A stretch of 64,000 nt of DNA. Source: an uncultured Hormoscilla sp. GTDB lineage: Bacteria > Cyanobacteriota > Cyanobacteriia > Cyanobacteriales > Desertifilaceae. The stretch covers positions 3,712,001-3,776,000 of the forward strand of contig OZ001293.3 of assembly GCA_963921275.4 (NCBI GenBank), given 5' to 3'. Positions 11,072 through 22,275 of this stretch are shown here, in pieces; position 1 is the stretch's first letter, and the number at the start of each line of letters is the position of its first letter. Both the position numbers and the translations under genes were made by a program. The notes under the pieces were generated by a model. The model did no database searches. It had not been told where the DNA came from and worked only from the letters and a program-made list of their open reading frames with translations.

Positions 11072-12730
11072 ATGACTCAAATTGTATCCCCCCTGGACAT
11101 CACTCGCATCTTCTGTGAGGTAGACGACTTCTGCCAGTTGTTCGAGTACCACTGGGAACAGCAACCCCAACTACCCTCCATGCCAGGGGAACGGTGTTGT
11201 CGCTCTCCTATGAGCCTTTCAGAAGTTATGACCATCGTCTGAGCCATGAAAGGCTCACAGGAGAGCACCTTCAAAGACTTTGTGCGTACTTCCCCACTGG
11301 CGCAAAGCCTTCCCCAACTTGGTCAGCTATCGTCGATTTGTGGAATTAATGCCCTGGTGGAAGATGCTGTTGTGTTCTTTTCTACACACCCTCAAGGGAG
11401 AAGTCACGGGCATTTCTTTTATTGATTCTACACCCATAGAAGTCTGTAACCCTTGCCGCGCTCATAGCCATAAAGTGGCGTTGCACAACTCCGGGATGAT
11501 GAGTTATTGCAGATTATTATAATCTGCAATAACTCATCATAAATTTATAATTAGCATAGGCTGATTTTACACAGGAGTACCAATTAGTGGTATAATGGAT
11601 ATTAAAGCTAATTTAGAATGTCAAGGAGTTGAATATGAAATGTCCACTCCGGTGCTTCGGAAAAAGTCAATAAAAATGATCATCTACGTGGCAAAAAAAT
11701 TTATTTGCAAGAATTGTGGCCGCCAGTTTATTGAACATTATTCTCCACGAGGCTATCCGAAAGAAGTGAAAGAAAATTGTTGAAAAATGTCCGTTAATGG
11801 CAAGGGCTTTCGAGGGATTGAAAGAATCACTGACGTCAATCATAATACTGTCATCAATTGGGTAAAAAAAGTAGCTCAACACTATTCTCCCCGAAAACTA
11901 TGAGATCCGGTTTCATAGATTGACGAGTTACATATTTATGTAGGTGAAAAAAGAATAAAAAGTGGTTATGGACAGTTGTTAATCATTTTCAACCTGGAAT
12001 TATAGCATGGACTTTAGGAGACCGATCGGCAGAAACATTTAAGCCATTGTGGAAAATAATAAAAGGCATTATTTTTTTAGGTGACGGATGGTTGGCCAGT
12101 ATCTTCAAAGTTTATTGAAGATATTAACCAGATAGTGAGTAAAACTTACATGACTCGTGTTGAAGGTGAAAACTGTCGATTAAGACATGATTTCGCTCGA
12201 TTAAAAAGAAAAACCTTGTGTTCCTCAAAATCCGAAGAAATGTTAATGCTTTCAAATGTTAATGCTTTCAATTAAGTTACTTTGACAGTATTTACGTTAT
12301 AATTTCATACCTGTCTATAGTTAAATCATCCCCTAATTGTGCAACGCCCATAAAGTTTTTAAGGGGCTAGTTTATTGGGTAAAGAACTCTGTGGGCTGGC
12401 AAAATGGAATTCAAATTGCACCTGATTATCAAGGAGCGGGGTGAATTGCTGGCTTTCAAGCTCACTGCGGCTAATGTTGACGAGCACAAGCCCGTACTGG
12501 ACATGGCACAAGACTTGTTCGGGAAGTTGTTTGGCGAGCGCTTCTATGTTTCCCAAAAACTGTTCGAGAAATTCTATGAACAGGGTTTAAAACTGATTGC
12601 CAAGTCGAAGGGGAACAGGAAAAACCGTTTGATGAAAATGCTAGACAAAATCCTGCTACGTAAGCGGGCTGTCATTGAGTCGGTCAACGACCAACTCAAG
12701 AATATCTGCCAAATTGAGCATTTTCGTCAT
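11072..12730 (+). pseudogene. IS982-family transposase pseudogene split by an IS1
   Basis: FPNLVSYRRFVELMP, FIDSTP, FKLHLII and KRAVIESVNDQLKNICQIEH motifs. Confidence 0.8.
11477..12348 (+). mobile_element. IS1-family element (frameshifted)
   Basis: TIRs GGCGTTGCACA / TGTGCAACGCC; 8-bp TSD CATAAAGT; CKNCGRQF and KTYMTRVEGENCRLRH motifs. Confidence 0.9.
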
Positions 12731-12734
12731 CGGA

Positions 12735-14993
12735 GGGGCGTATCTAAAGGTTGGGGGAGAACTTTGGGACTGAATGGAAAAGAGTATCAAAGCGTTGATT
12801 GACTCAACCCAAGGGAAGGTATAAGAGATGATTGAAGCCAGTCTCGCTCCAACTCATTCCCACCCCCTTAAAGCGTTGCTGAATCAACCTAGACCATGCA
12901 CTTTCCACCAGACCAGAACCCGGTAGTGATAAATATGTAGTGATAGAACATTCCAATTAATCCTTACTTTTCTTAGGAATGATATAACAGCTCTTTATAT
13001 TAGCAAAATTGATAGCAATGATAAGATATTCTCATGTATAGCTCATCAGAAAAATGCTCTTATGTTATTAGTCAAAAGCGAGTATAGACTTATGAACACA
13101 TCATCATCTTTAGGGTCGCGACCCAATTGCCCTTATTGTAATTGTGAGCGAACAGTAAAAAATGGTAGTACTCATAATAAAAAGCAAAAATATGTAAAAA
13201 ATCGGCAATAAATTGAAAACCCGACAGCAAGTATCGTCCGAAAAGAAAAAGAATATAGATGAGCTATTACTTGAAAGAATATCTTTGGCAGGTATTGCGC
13301 GTCGAGTAAAGCTTTCACAAACCTGGCAAGTATGTTAATAAAAAATCTGCCGTGAGATAAAGGTTTCAGACAAGCCCAAAGGAAAATTGACTATTGAATG
13401 TGATGAAATGTGGTCTTGGGAATAAAGAAAAAAAACATTGGCACTTGATACAAAAACAAGAGAAATTGTAGGATTTGAGCGATCGCAGTCGTGAATCAGC
13501 AAAAAAATTGTGGAAATATTTACCTTCTGTTTATCGACGCGGTTTTTTACTTTTTGGGAAGCATATAACAATACCGAAAAAGCGTTACTATTGCGGTAGG
13601 TAAAGAAACTGGAAAAACTAATCATATTGAAAGGTTAAACAACGAGGCAAAGAATTAGTCGCTTGGTTCGGAAAACATTATCATTCTCTAAGAAGAAAAT
13701 CACGCGATTTGGTATTTTGTGCATGATTACAACAAATGCTTGTCGGGTTAGTTGTGCCATCACTACATGTTTATCACTACTCAGAACCCAAAGGCAACTG
13801 CTCTTGTTCAAAATTGGAATAAGCCACATGCTGACGGTGCTTTTGGAAATATGCTTGTACTTGCGTAAGTATATTCATTGATTCGTCTTTCAAAGTCAAA
13901 GTATTTACCAGTCGAGTCAACTCCATTAGCACTTGGGTATGTTTGCCATGACCCAGGAGATGTCGCCAGGGTTCAAAGCAAACCTGAGTCGCTTCGGAGT
14001 CACGCCCCAACCAAGCAGTTGCCCCTCGCCACAGATGACCAGCCCCATGGTAAAAGTCGAGAATACCGATCGCGCAGTGAGCAAAGCACTCTCGCGCTTA
14101 GTCGCCAAAAGCCTACTCCACCGTCCGCCATACCAGCTTCGGTGCTTGATCAAGTCCTTGATGCAAGGACTCCCAAAGCAATCGGGGTTTTAAAGTATCG
14201 ATCTCTCCTAACACTGCTACTAATCGTCCTTGGCACAGACGGCTATAAAGCTTGCCTGTAGCGGTTTTGAGGAATTTTAAACGCGCTATTACCGCCAATG
14301 AGCACTTCCTGCCATCTAGTTTTGCCTTTGGCTGTACCTATGTGAGGAGGAAATGGTACCATCACACCATCGGCACTCAACACCATCATCAAGCTCTGAA
14401 ACTCTTCACTCATGGGTTCCTTTGGCACTTCCTCCCCTGCTGCCATCGCTGTCAGACGCTCTTCCCACATAAGTTTTGCTTGTTGACCTGCCTGTTGTAC
14501 CCAATTCCACAGACTGCTGTCGCTAATGTGAACTCCCGTGAGTTCCTCCAGCAACTGCCTGGCCAATTCATAAGGCACAAAAACACTCAACAGACTCCCT
14601 AGTCGTTTGACTTCCCAGGAGGTTTGCTGGTAAGGGGCGATTCCCAGTTGTGCATCCGACGGTACCTGCTGACTCCCGAAACAACCTTTCCGACATCGCA
14701 GCACTCGCCGTTTCCATTGCACCACTCAAGGGCAGGGTGTGGATTTGACGGCTAACTTTCCCTTTACTGTGCAAGGGACTTCCACAGTGAGAACACAATT
14801 GATTCTCCCCTCCGAGACTACCTCGCTGTTCTAGCTCTGCTTTCAGCAATTGCTTGCCCAGATACCAAGCCATCTGTAACACAGCAATTACCAACTCCCT
14901 TAAGCTTTGGGCAGTATCTATGGCCTTTGAGAGTTTTTCCCATTGCTCTGACACTGGTAAACTCGCTTCGATTGCAGCTATGATAGAGTTCAT
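12735..14993 (-). pseudogene. ISKra4-like transposase pseudogene, interrupted by an IS1
   Basis: CSHCG, ADGVMVPF and LPLGS(G) motifs in broken frames. Confidence 0.65.
12922..13781 (+). mobile_element. IS1-family element (decayed)
   Basis: TIRs GGTAGTGATAAATATGTAGTGAT / ATCACTACATGTTTATCACTACT; 8-bp TSD CAGAACCC; ECDEMWS and RLVRKTLSFSK motifs. Confidence 0.85.
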
Positions 14994-15053
14994 AAGTTTT
15001 TCAACAAGCTGAGCACTTCCAAGTGCTCTTTTTTTCGGTCTGCTTCTATACTA

Positions 15054-16065
15054 ACCTAAGTTGCGACCTATTAAAAAAAATATGAATTACCCACTTAGAC
15101 TTTACAGATATTTGGGATATTTCGTAGCTTTTGATACAAAATTATATTTTTTTTGTGCTACACGGCGGGTTGGCTGTTTATAGGTTATAATGTACTAAAA
15201 TAATAGTTAATTGCTGGGGGATGTAGATGATGAAAGATATGATTACAACAATTTTTGTTCTTTGTGACGAGCTACTAAAAGCGTTAAATATAAAAGAAGA
15301 TCCACAAGTAAAAATGAACAATGCCGAAGTGATGACAGTCGGATTAGTTGCTGCATATTTTTTCGGAGGACACCACGATCGCTCTTGTCAATTTATGGTC
15401 CAACACAAGTATATAAAAAATCTGTTAAGTAAAAGTAGGTTCAATCGTCGATTACACAATATTGAGGAACCAATTTGGATGTTTTTCTTCCAAGTTATAG
15501 CTCAAACATTTAAAGAGCTCAATCCGGGTCAAGAATATATTCTTGATAGTTTCCCGGTGCCAGTATGTGATAATATTAGGATTGATAGATGCCAAATTTA
15601 TAACAAGGAAGAATATCGAGGGTATATTGCCAGTAAAAAACGTTATTTTTATGGATTAAGAGTTCATATGTTGGTAAACAAAAATGGAAAGCCAATAGAA
15701 TTTTATCTAGATCCTGGTAGTTATAATGATTTTAAAGTTTTGCAATCTTTTGGCTTTGACTTACCATCAAATTCAATAGTTTATGGAGATAAAGCTTATA
15801 ATAATTATCAATTAGAGGATTTACTAAAAGAGTCGTCAAGTATAATGTTAAAACCTTTGCGAAAAAAGAACTCAAAAAGAAAAGAATCTTCTTGTTTTGA
15901 ATATATACAAAAAGTAACAAGAAAACAAGTTGAAACCTGTTTTAGTCGAATCACCAATTTGTTTCCCAAGTCAATTCATGCTGTTACATCTAAGGGATTA
16001 GAGTTGAAAATAATTCTCTTTATCATAGCTTTTTGTATCCAATTTTTATAGGTCGCAACTTGAGT
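15054..16065 (+). mobile_element. Apparently intact IS982-family element
   Basis: TIRs ACCTAAGTTGCGACCTA / TAGGTCGCAACTTGAGT; 7-bp TSD TATACTA. Confidence 0.9.
15227..16051 (+). CDS. IS982-family DDE transposase, 274 aa
   Basis: SKSRFNRRL, ILDSFPVPVC, YFYGLRVH, YGDKAY, RKQVETCFS motifs; uninterrupted ORF. Confidence 0.9.
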   Translation: MMKDMITTIFVLCDELLKALNIKEDPQVKMNNAEVMTVGLVAAYFFGGHHDRSCQFMVQHKYIKNLLSKSRFNRRLHNIEEPIWMFFFQVIAQTFKELNPGQEYILDSFPVPVCDNIRIDRCQIYNKEEYRGYIASKKRYFYGLRVHMLVNKNGKPIEFYLDPGSYNDFKVLQSFGFDLPSNSIVYGDKAYNNYQLEDLLKESSSIMLKPLRKKNSKRKESSCFEYIQKVTRKQVETCFSRITNLFPKSIHAVTSKGLELKIILFIIAFCIQFL

Positions 16066-16130
16066 TATACTACATCATTGCTCCCCCAACCGCTGGATTC
16101 GCCCCATCGGAGCGTATTTAACTTCCTCGT

Positions 16131-16285
16131 CGATGTCTCCTGTGTGCCGTTCCCGTAGCGTGGCGCAGCCATGTCCCCTGGGACAAGAGCAAGGAGCAGA
16201 GATATCTCCGATGTCTCCTGTGTGCCGTTCCCGTAGCGTGGCGCAGCCATGTCCCCTGGGACAAGAGCAAGGAACAGAGATATCG
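16131..16285. repeat. Tandem pair (78-bp period) of a CGATGTCTC...GAGATATC element; relatives near 26140-26219 and 61158-61211
   Basis: Direct repeat visible; same terminal arms as the hairpin family. Confidence 0.8.
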
Positions 16286-16664
16286 AAAACCTGCTGGCCG
16301 GGTTGGTGGCCTACACCTACACTGATAAAAAGCCCAGCCTCGATCTCGAGGTCAAAGGCTTGCCAGCACTGCCTCCTGCCATTTTCTAGTTTCGTCGAAC
16401 TCACGTTAACTCGTGAAGAGCTGGAATTTCTGCAACAAATCTCAAAAAAACAACATGAACCATCAATAGAAATGGATAAAAAGTTTCTCTGGTGAGCAGA
16501 CTCATTCCATTTTACAGCAAGTGTCTGCTGTCATCCAAAACCCTGTTTTTTGTCACAACCGGGTTTTGGGATGGTCATAATTTAGCTATCGATATCATTT
16601 GACGCATCGATGATATCGGTCTCTTTGGGCTGAAGCAAGGACTGGATATAATTATTACGTTAAT

Positions 16665-17598
16665 GTGCGATTCGTTCAGGCGTAAACTGGCGACGGTGAA
16701 GTCTGGTCTGGTTTCATTTGCCGGATAACTCTGATTATCATGGGGGTTAAATTCCCTCTCCCCAGGTGTGGGGGGTCGAGGGTACTACCGGTCCTTAGTG
16801 CTGCGGAGTCACATCGCCGTGGTGCTCCGCTAGGACTTAAATGTAGGATAGCTAGCAGCCTAAGCTAGTGACACCGCGCTTGTTAGATGCTCATGGTTAG
16901 AACAAGCGAACCTGTGAAAGCCTCGTTAATAAGAACCAGCGGAATAAGGCTTATACGCTGGCCCAAAAGGGAAATGGCAGTTAGTGTTGGTAGTATTTGC
17001 TTACCAGCATCGCACTCGAAGAACTCCCGGGGTATAGCAGGAACCTAAAAGCATCGAGAAATGATACCAGGGAACGAAGTACCTCACGTGAGCTGTCCCC
17101 ATTTGGACCAGTTAGATGTAAAGCGCAAGCCGCGAAGAGGAAGGATGTTCTAAGAAGCCAACGCCTGGGGTAATGCCTGGGATATGCAGACGTAGGACGG
17201 ATATGGTAAGAAGCCTTTGGTGAAAGTAGCCCTAACACGTCGCAAAACTTAGGAGAAATCCAAAAGTATGAATATGGACTAGAGTCTCAGCCGGGTAAAG
17301 TTCAGAGCCCCGATAAATTGCCAGAATGGGGAAATGTTAGAGAAGAGCGGCTAGAATGGTTTGCTGAACTACCCTCCGCGATCGCGCAGCGTGCGCGCAG
17401 CGCATACCTTCCGGAGCTGAAATCATTAACGGTCCAATAGGATTGACCATAAGGGGTAAAATTACAGAGGGTAAGGGGAATACGGGGTGACCTAATTATT
17501 GATGATGATATGCCTAAGGACAAGCCCCAGCGGTGAAAGTCGCAAGTCCGGTTCCGCTCTTGGAGGGTTGGGGAGTGATTCCCAGCTCGACCCCGACC
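16665..17598 (+). mobile_element. ORF-less group IIB intron, copy 2 (934 nt), with an altered domain V
   Basis: 5' GTGCGATTCGTT; DI-DIII clearly homologous to copy 1; DV AGCCCCAGCGGTGAAAGTCGCAAGTCCGGTTC; ends CTCGACCCCGACC. Confidence 0.9.
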
Positions 17599-17765
17599 AT
17601 TAATGACGCAAGAGGCGATCGCTCGCTCTTGAGGTTGCCTATTAAAAACAGGCGATCGCATTGTCTTGTCTCACCCGATCGAGGGACACAGCCATTTAAT
17701 CGGATTCACGATCCAAGTCCTCCTCAAAACTGTAAGAAAGGGCAGTCTCATCATCTAAGACCACT

Positions 17766-20700
17766 TTATTTTGCTGCCCCAACTCCGCCAGATATATCGG
17801 AGTAATCAGCAGCACTGTCGTAGTCATCCCGCGAGTTACTATCGGACGCCCCATCTTCAGAAGCATTGAAGCCAGTACCGGCGGGAATCAAGCGTCCGAT
17901 GATCACATTTTCCTTGAGGCCCCGCAACCAGTCAGACTTACCTTCGATCGCGGCCTCAGTCAGCACCCGGGTGGTCTCCTGGAAGCTTGCAGCTGAGATA
18001 AAGCTATCTGTATTCAGAGATGCTTTGGTAATTCCCAGAAGCACGGGGGTGTAAATTGCTGGTGCTCCTCCGGTAATGGACAGGGCATCATTAACCTGTT
18101 GCACTTCGTAGATCTCGACTAGCTCCCCTGGCAGCATTGTGGTGTCACCGCCATCATCAACACGACCTTTAGATGTCATTTGCCGCACGATCACTTCTAT
18201 GTGCTTGTCAGAAATGTCAATCTCCTGAGACTGGTAGACTGACTGCACTGCATTCACTAGAAAGATCTGCACTTCCTGTAATGCTGCTAAGGCTGCTTCA
18301 TCAACTGTGCGCGGGTTATGATTATTGCCCGATGTGCGAGGGACAGTGCTTCTAGCGCTCGCCAGAGATATCGAAGCTGACTGCTCGCCACCATCGGTGT
18401 TCCCACTAGCTATTTCTCGGTAGAGATTAAAGTAGACTTCCAAGATCTGGTGGGGATTAGACGGGCCATCAGAGAGCGGTTGCCCTGCTTTGATTTGCTG
18501 TCCATCAATTACTATTGCACTTTGACCTGGCCCTAGGGTATACTCGGCGATCGCTCCATCCGATTCGATCACTTTAACTGCAACGGTTTCATCTTCTTGA
18601 TAGATCACCTGAGCTGTTCCCGGTCTTGTGGCCAGTACGCAAAATTCTTTGGGCTTACGGGCCTCCAGCAGTTCTTCGATCCGTGGTAACCCCTGGATAA
18701 TATCTCCGGTCTTCGAGCGATCAAAGACGAGCAGCACCAAATTATCACCTCGCTGCACCAGGTCTCGATCTTCTATGTGGAGTATTGCTCCGGCCGAAAC
18801 CCGGTAAGGACGGGCTATGCGCAATATAACTAGAGTCCCGGACTCTGACGAGGAGACTTGGAGCACTTGACCTGATTCTGGCAAAAATACTCCCGGCGCT
18901 ATCTCGGTGCCATCTAGCAGAAAATCTCCTGCTTTCACTTCTACTAATAGGTTGGGTAAGTCGGCAATGACAAGCTTGTCAAGGTCGCGCAAGACCAGGA
19001 GTCGGCGACCCGCAGAGGATCCTTCTCGAATGCCTTGAACTATGCCTGCTTCTTTGCACTGAATCTCTGTCTTGGCTACTACTTCACCGGGGGCAATCTG
19101 TTGGCCATCGCTTACTAGTATGCGGGTATGGGAACTTCCTTGAGTCGGGTCTGCTGCTACATCACGACGGATGACTAGAGATTCTAGTATGACTAGCTGC
19201 AACCGCATGATTTCGCTCGTGGTCTCGTCTGTTACCAGTTCTATATCTGCTTCCAGGTTTCCCGATGTGGCGCTCCTATGTGAGATGAGAATTTCTTTGT
19301 TTATATAAAGCACTAGCTGGGTGCGCAACAATTCTAAGCCGGAAACTGATTTGACTCTTTCTCCGTCTTTGTATGGCAACCGCTGCACTGTCCGGAGCTG
19401 TATTAAGCCGCCATTATCTTGAGATGATTCCTGAGATGGCACAAGGGGTGTGTCTGGAACTGTATATTCTATTGCTGGTCGGAGCCGCAGGGCTGGTCCG
19501 AGCGGGGTGTCTAGGTATTCTACATAGCGTAAAGAAGCTCCCATGAAAACATCTGTTGGCGATGCCTGAGGGGTTTTTGCGAAGCATCCCGATTTTTCAG
19601 GCATCGAAGGTCCATTTGGCGCGACGGCGCCACTCACAAGGGGGACCGTCTGAGCTGTCGCAAGCTGTTGGTCTTTTGTCGATGGATCCTCACTGCTTTC
19701 TACTTCCATGAGAGCAAGGTCGAGGTTCAGGTTCAACTCCCGCGCAGGAGCTCTGCTTGCTTCGGACAGTCCTAATGAGGCAATGTTGGACCGATCGATC
19801 AATGTCCCCTCTTTTGGGATTTCTGTGGAATTGGTGATTAAATGCAATGAGCCGGGTTTGATGGAGATCTCGCGGAGGATGTCATTTTTCTCGATTACCT
19901 GGACGCAACCGCTGCTGGTGCAGAAGATGTCTTTGACTATTTCCGTGCCTGCTTCTACATATTGACCATCTTCGACTAGGCGCACTGAGCTATCTTTATT
20001 CACTTCATATGTTTCTTCTGGGAGCCACAGTAAGGTTCCACCTTTGGTGACTTCATATCCCTGTTTTGCTTTGCTCCGCTTTGCTTCGACTCCTGCATAT
20101 TTGATCGTACCGCCTGTGGTTGTGCGATAGCCCTCATCTAGCAGTTCTGCCACTACTTGACCATTGCTGACTTGCGTGCCGGGTGTGGCGACCAGAGAAA
20201 ATTTCTGACCCTCTGCGGTGGTGATGATATACTGCTCTTTGCCTTGGTCTTTGCTGATGGATACTCCAGCTCGATCTAGCAGTACGCTGGCGGTAATGAT
20301 TTCTATTTCCCGTCCCGCTTCTTCTGTGCCTATTGCCTCTGGGAGTCTGACTATGCCTCCATGTTCTGTGCGGGTACTGGTTTGGGCGATGACTGAACCC
20401 CGCGAGATGCGATCGCCATTTTGCACTACTGGTTCTGCTCCCGGGGGCAGGTTGTATACCTCTCCTGAAAGAATCCAGATTAAACCTCCCACTCTGGCGA
20501 CGCGTGTTGTGTTTCCTTGCCGATCGCGCTTTTCTTCTGGTATTATGTCGGTGAATATTGCTTCCCCGGATATATCACTGGCTACATCTTTGGTGGCTTT
20601 TTCTGTACTGATTTTGGACATTGCGCCTGTCGGTGGCACTTCGGCGATTCTCTGACCTGCTGTTATTCTATCCCCATCTTTTACCAGTATTATTGCTCCC

Positions 20701-21971
20701 TGGGGAATCTGGATCTGATAGTATGACTGTTTTTTTTGTTTTACAGTTATCTGGCTACTGGATGTATCCGAAAAAGCTCCATTTTCTTGAACCACTCTTA
20801 CCACTTCATCTTCCACCATCAATGACAGATTAGCATTTGCCGATTCCACTCGCATTACTTCTTTCTCTTGGCGAGTGCGCAGAGCACCATATTGGATTGT
20901 GCCGTTGCAAGGTGCTAATATTTCTCTTGCTGCTCCTGAGAATACTCCTCCTGTGTGGAATGTTCGCATTGTCAACTGTGTCCCTGGCTCACCGATTGAC
21001 TGGGCTGCGATTATTCCTACTGCTTCCCCTAGGTCTACCATGTCGCAGTGTGCTAAACTCCATCCATAGCATTTTTGACATACTGAGCGTTTTGATTCGC
21101 ATGTTAGAGGCGATCGCACGTACACTTCTTGGACTCCCGCTTTTTGAATATGAAGTGCCAATTCATCACTTATGTCCTGATTCTTTGACGCGATCGTTTT
21201 CCCTGTCTTTGGATGAATGACTGGTGCGGCTAGGACTCTTCCCAGCAGGCGGTCTTTGAGGGTAATTAATTCCCGATCGCCTTCTTTCATGCTGCTCAAA
21301 GGTATTCCCCTGGTTGTTAAGCAGTCTTCATCCCGGATGATTACGTCCTGAGACACATCTACTAAACGCCTGGTCAGATAACCTGAATCTGCTGTTCTCA
21401 GTGCGGTGTCCACTAATCCCTTGCGAGCTCCGTAGGATGAGATGATATATTCTGTGACTGTTAATCCTTCCCGGAAGTTTGTCTTTATTGGTAAATCTAT
21501 GATTTCTCCTTGCGGATCTGCCATTAGCCCCCGCATTCCCACTAGCTGCCGCACTTGGGATATATTTCCCCTGGCTCCTGAAAATGCCATCATGTACACG
21601 GAGTTGAGCGGGTTATTTGAACGCAGGTAACGCACGACTTCATCTTTGAGCGCTTCTGATGTACTATTCCAAGTATCGATTACTTTTTGAAACCGCTCTA
21701 CTTCGGTTATTTCTCCCCGACTATAACGTGCTTCTGTCGCGCGAATCATTTCTTCTGCTGCCCCAAGCAACTGCTGCTTTGATGGGGGCACTTGTAAATC
21801 CTCTACGCTAATTGATACTCCGGCTTTGGTTGCATAGCGAAATCCTAAGTCTTTCAGCTTATCTGCCATTAGGGAGCATTTAGCAGGACCATATTTCGTG
21901 AATGCCCATGATATCAGTTTCTTCAGCTGACCTTTGTCTATTACCCGATTTCTAAAGATCATTTTTTTCAT
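17766..21971 (-). CDS. rpoC2: RNA polymerase beta' subunit (cyanobacterial RpoC2), with extra insertions
   Basis: [67 protein letters not shown]. Confidence 0.98.
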   Translation of the reverse strand: MKKMIFRNRVIDKGQLKKLISWAFTKYGPAKCSLMADKLKDLGFRYATKAGVSISVEDLQVPPSKQQLLGAAEEMIRATEARYSRGEITEVERFQKVIDTWNSTSEALKDEVVRYLRSNNPLNSVYMMAFSGARGNISQVRQLVGMRGLMADPQGEIIDLPIKTNFREGLTVTEYIISSYGARKGLVDTALRTADSGYLTRRLVDVSQDVIIRDEDCLTTRGIPLSSMKEGDRELITLKDRLLGRVLAAPVIHPKTGKTIASKNQDISDELALHIQKAGVQEVYVRSPLTCESKRSVCQKCYGWSLAHCDMVDLGEAVGIIAAQSIGEPGTQLTMRTFHTGGVFSGAAREILAPCNGTIQYGALRTRQEKEVMRVESANANLSLMVEDEVVRVVQENGAFSDTSSSQITVKQKKQSYYQIQIPQGAIILVKDGDRITAGQRIAEVPPTGAMSKISTEKATKDVASDISGEAIFTDIIPEEKRDRQGNTTRVARVGGLIWILSGEVYNLPPGAEPVVQNGDRISRGSVIAQTSTRTEHGGIVRLPEAIGTEEAGREIEIITASVLLDRAGVSISKDQGKEQYIITTAEGQKFSLVATPGTQVSNGQVVAELLDEGYRTTTGGTIKYAGVEAKRSKAKQGYEVTKGGTLLWLPEETYEVNKDSSVRLVEDGQYVEAGTEIVKDIFCTSSGCVQVIEKNDILREISIKPGSLHLITNSTEIPKEGTLIDRSNIASLGLSEASRAPARELNLNLDLALMEVESSEDPSTKDQQLATAQTVPLVSGAVAPNGPSMPEKSGCFAKTPQASPTDVFMGASLRYVEYLDTPLGPALRLRPAIEYTVPDTPLVPSQESSQDNGGLIQLRTVQRLPYKDGERVKSVSGLELLRTQLVLYINKEILISHRSATSGNLEADIELVTDETTSEIMRLQLVILESLVIRRDVAADPTQGSSHTRILVSDGQQIAPGEVVAKTEIQCKEAGIVQGIREGSSAGRRLLVLRDLDKLVIADLPNLLVEVKAGDFLLDGTEIAPGVFLPESGQVLQVSSSESGTLVILRIARPYRVSAGAILHIEDRDLVQRGDNLVLLVFDRSKTGDIIQGLPRIEELLEARKPKEFCVLATRPGTAQVIYQEDETVAVKVIESDGAIAEYTLGPGQSAIVIDGQQIKAGQPLSDGPSNPHQILEVYFNLYREIASGNTDGGEQSASISLASARSTVPRTSGNNHNPRTVDEAALAALQEVQIFLVNAVQSVYQSQEIDISDKHIEVIVRQMTSKGRVDDGGDTTMLPGELVEIYEVQQVNDALSITGGAPAIYTPVLLGITKASLNTDSFISAASFQETTRVLTEAAIEGKSDWLRGLKENVIIGRLIPAGTGFNASEDGASDSNSRDDYDSAADYSDISGGVGAAK

Positions 21972-22275
21972 TTTTCTGTTGTCAGTTGTCAGTTGTCAGC
22001 GTTTAACATTCTCTCTGCCTGGTACGTGCTCACCAAGAATCTATCGGGCTCTTTGTAGTGAGCCTGCTGTGTCTCTTGACAGAAGTGATGGGCCTGGTAC
22101 TTATAAAAATAGTACCAGCGTGAGCGTCTGCGATATTTCTGGGGATCTCGATGTCTCTGGATATCTAGATGTTTCCCGGGAGCGCCTTAAGCACAACTCC
22201 GGGGTAACATCGTATTCGCACTACCCCGGAGATATCGTATTCGCACGTCCTCTCTGGGGGATATCGACCTCTACT

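Noticed and set aside
16981..17805. ORFs inside or overlapping intron copy 2
   Set aside because: No RT or maturase motifs; they are incidental frames across ribozyme sequence.
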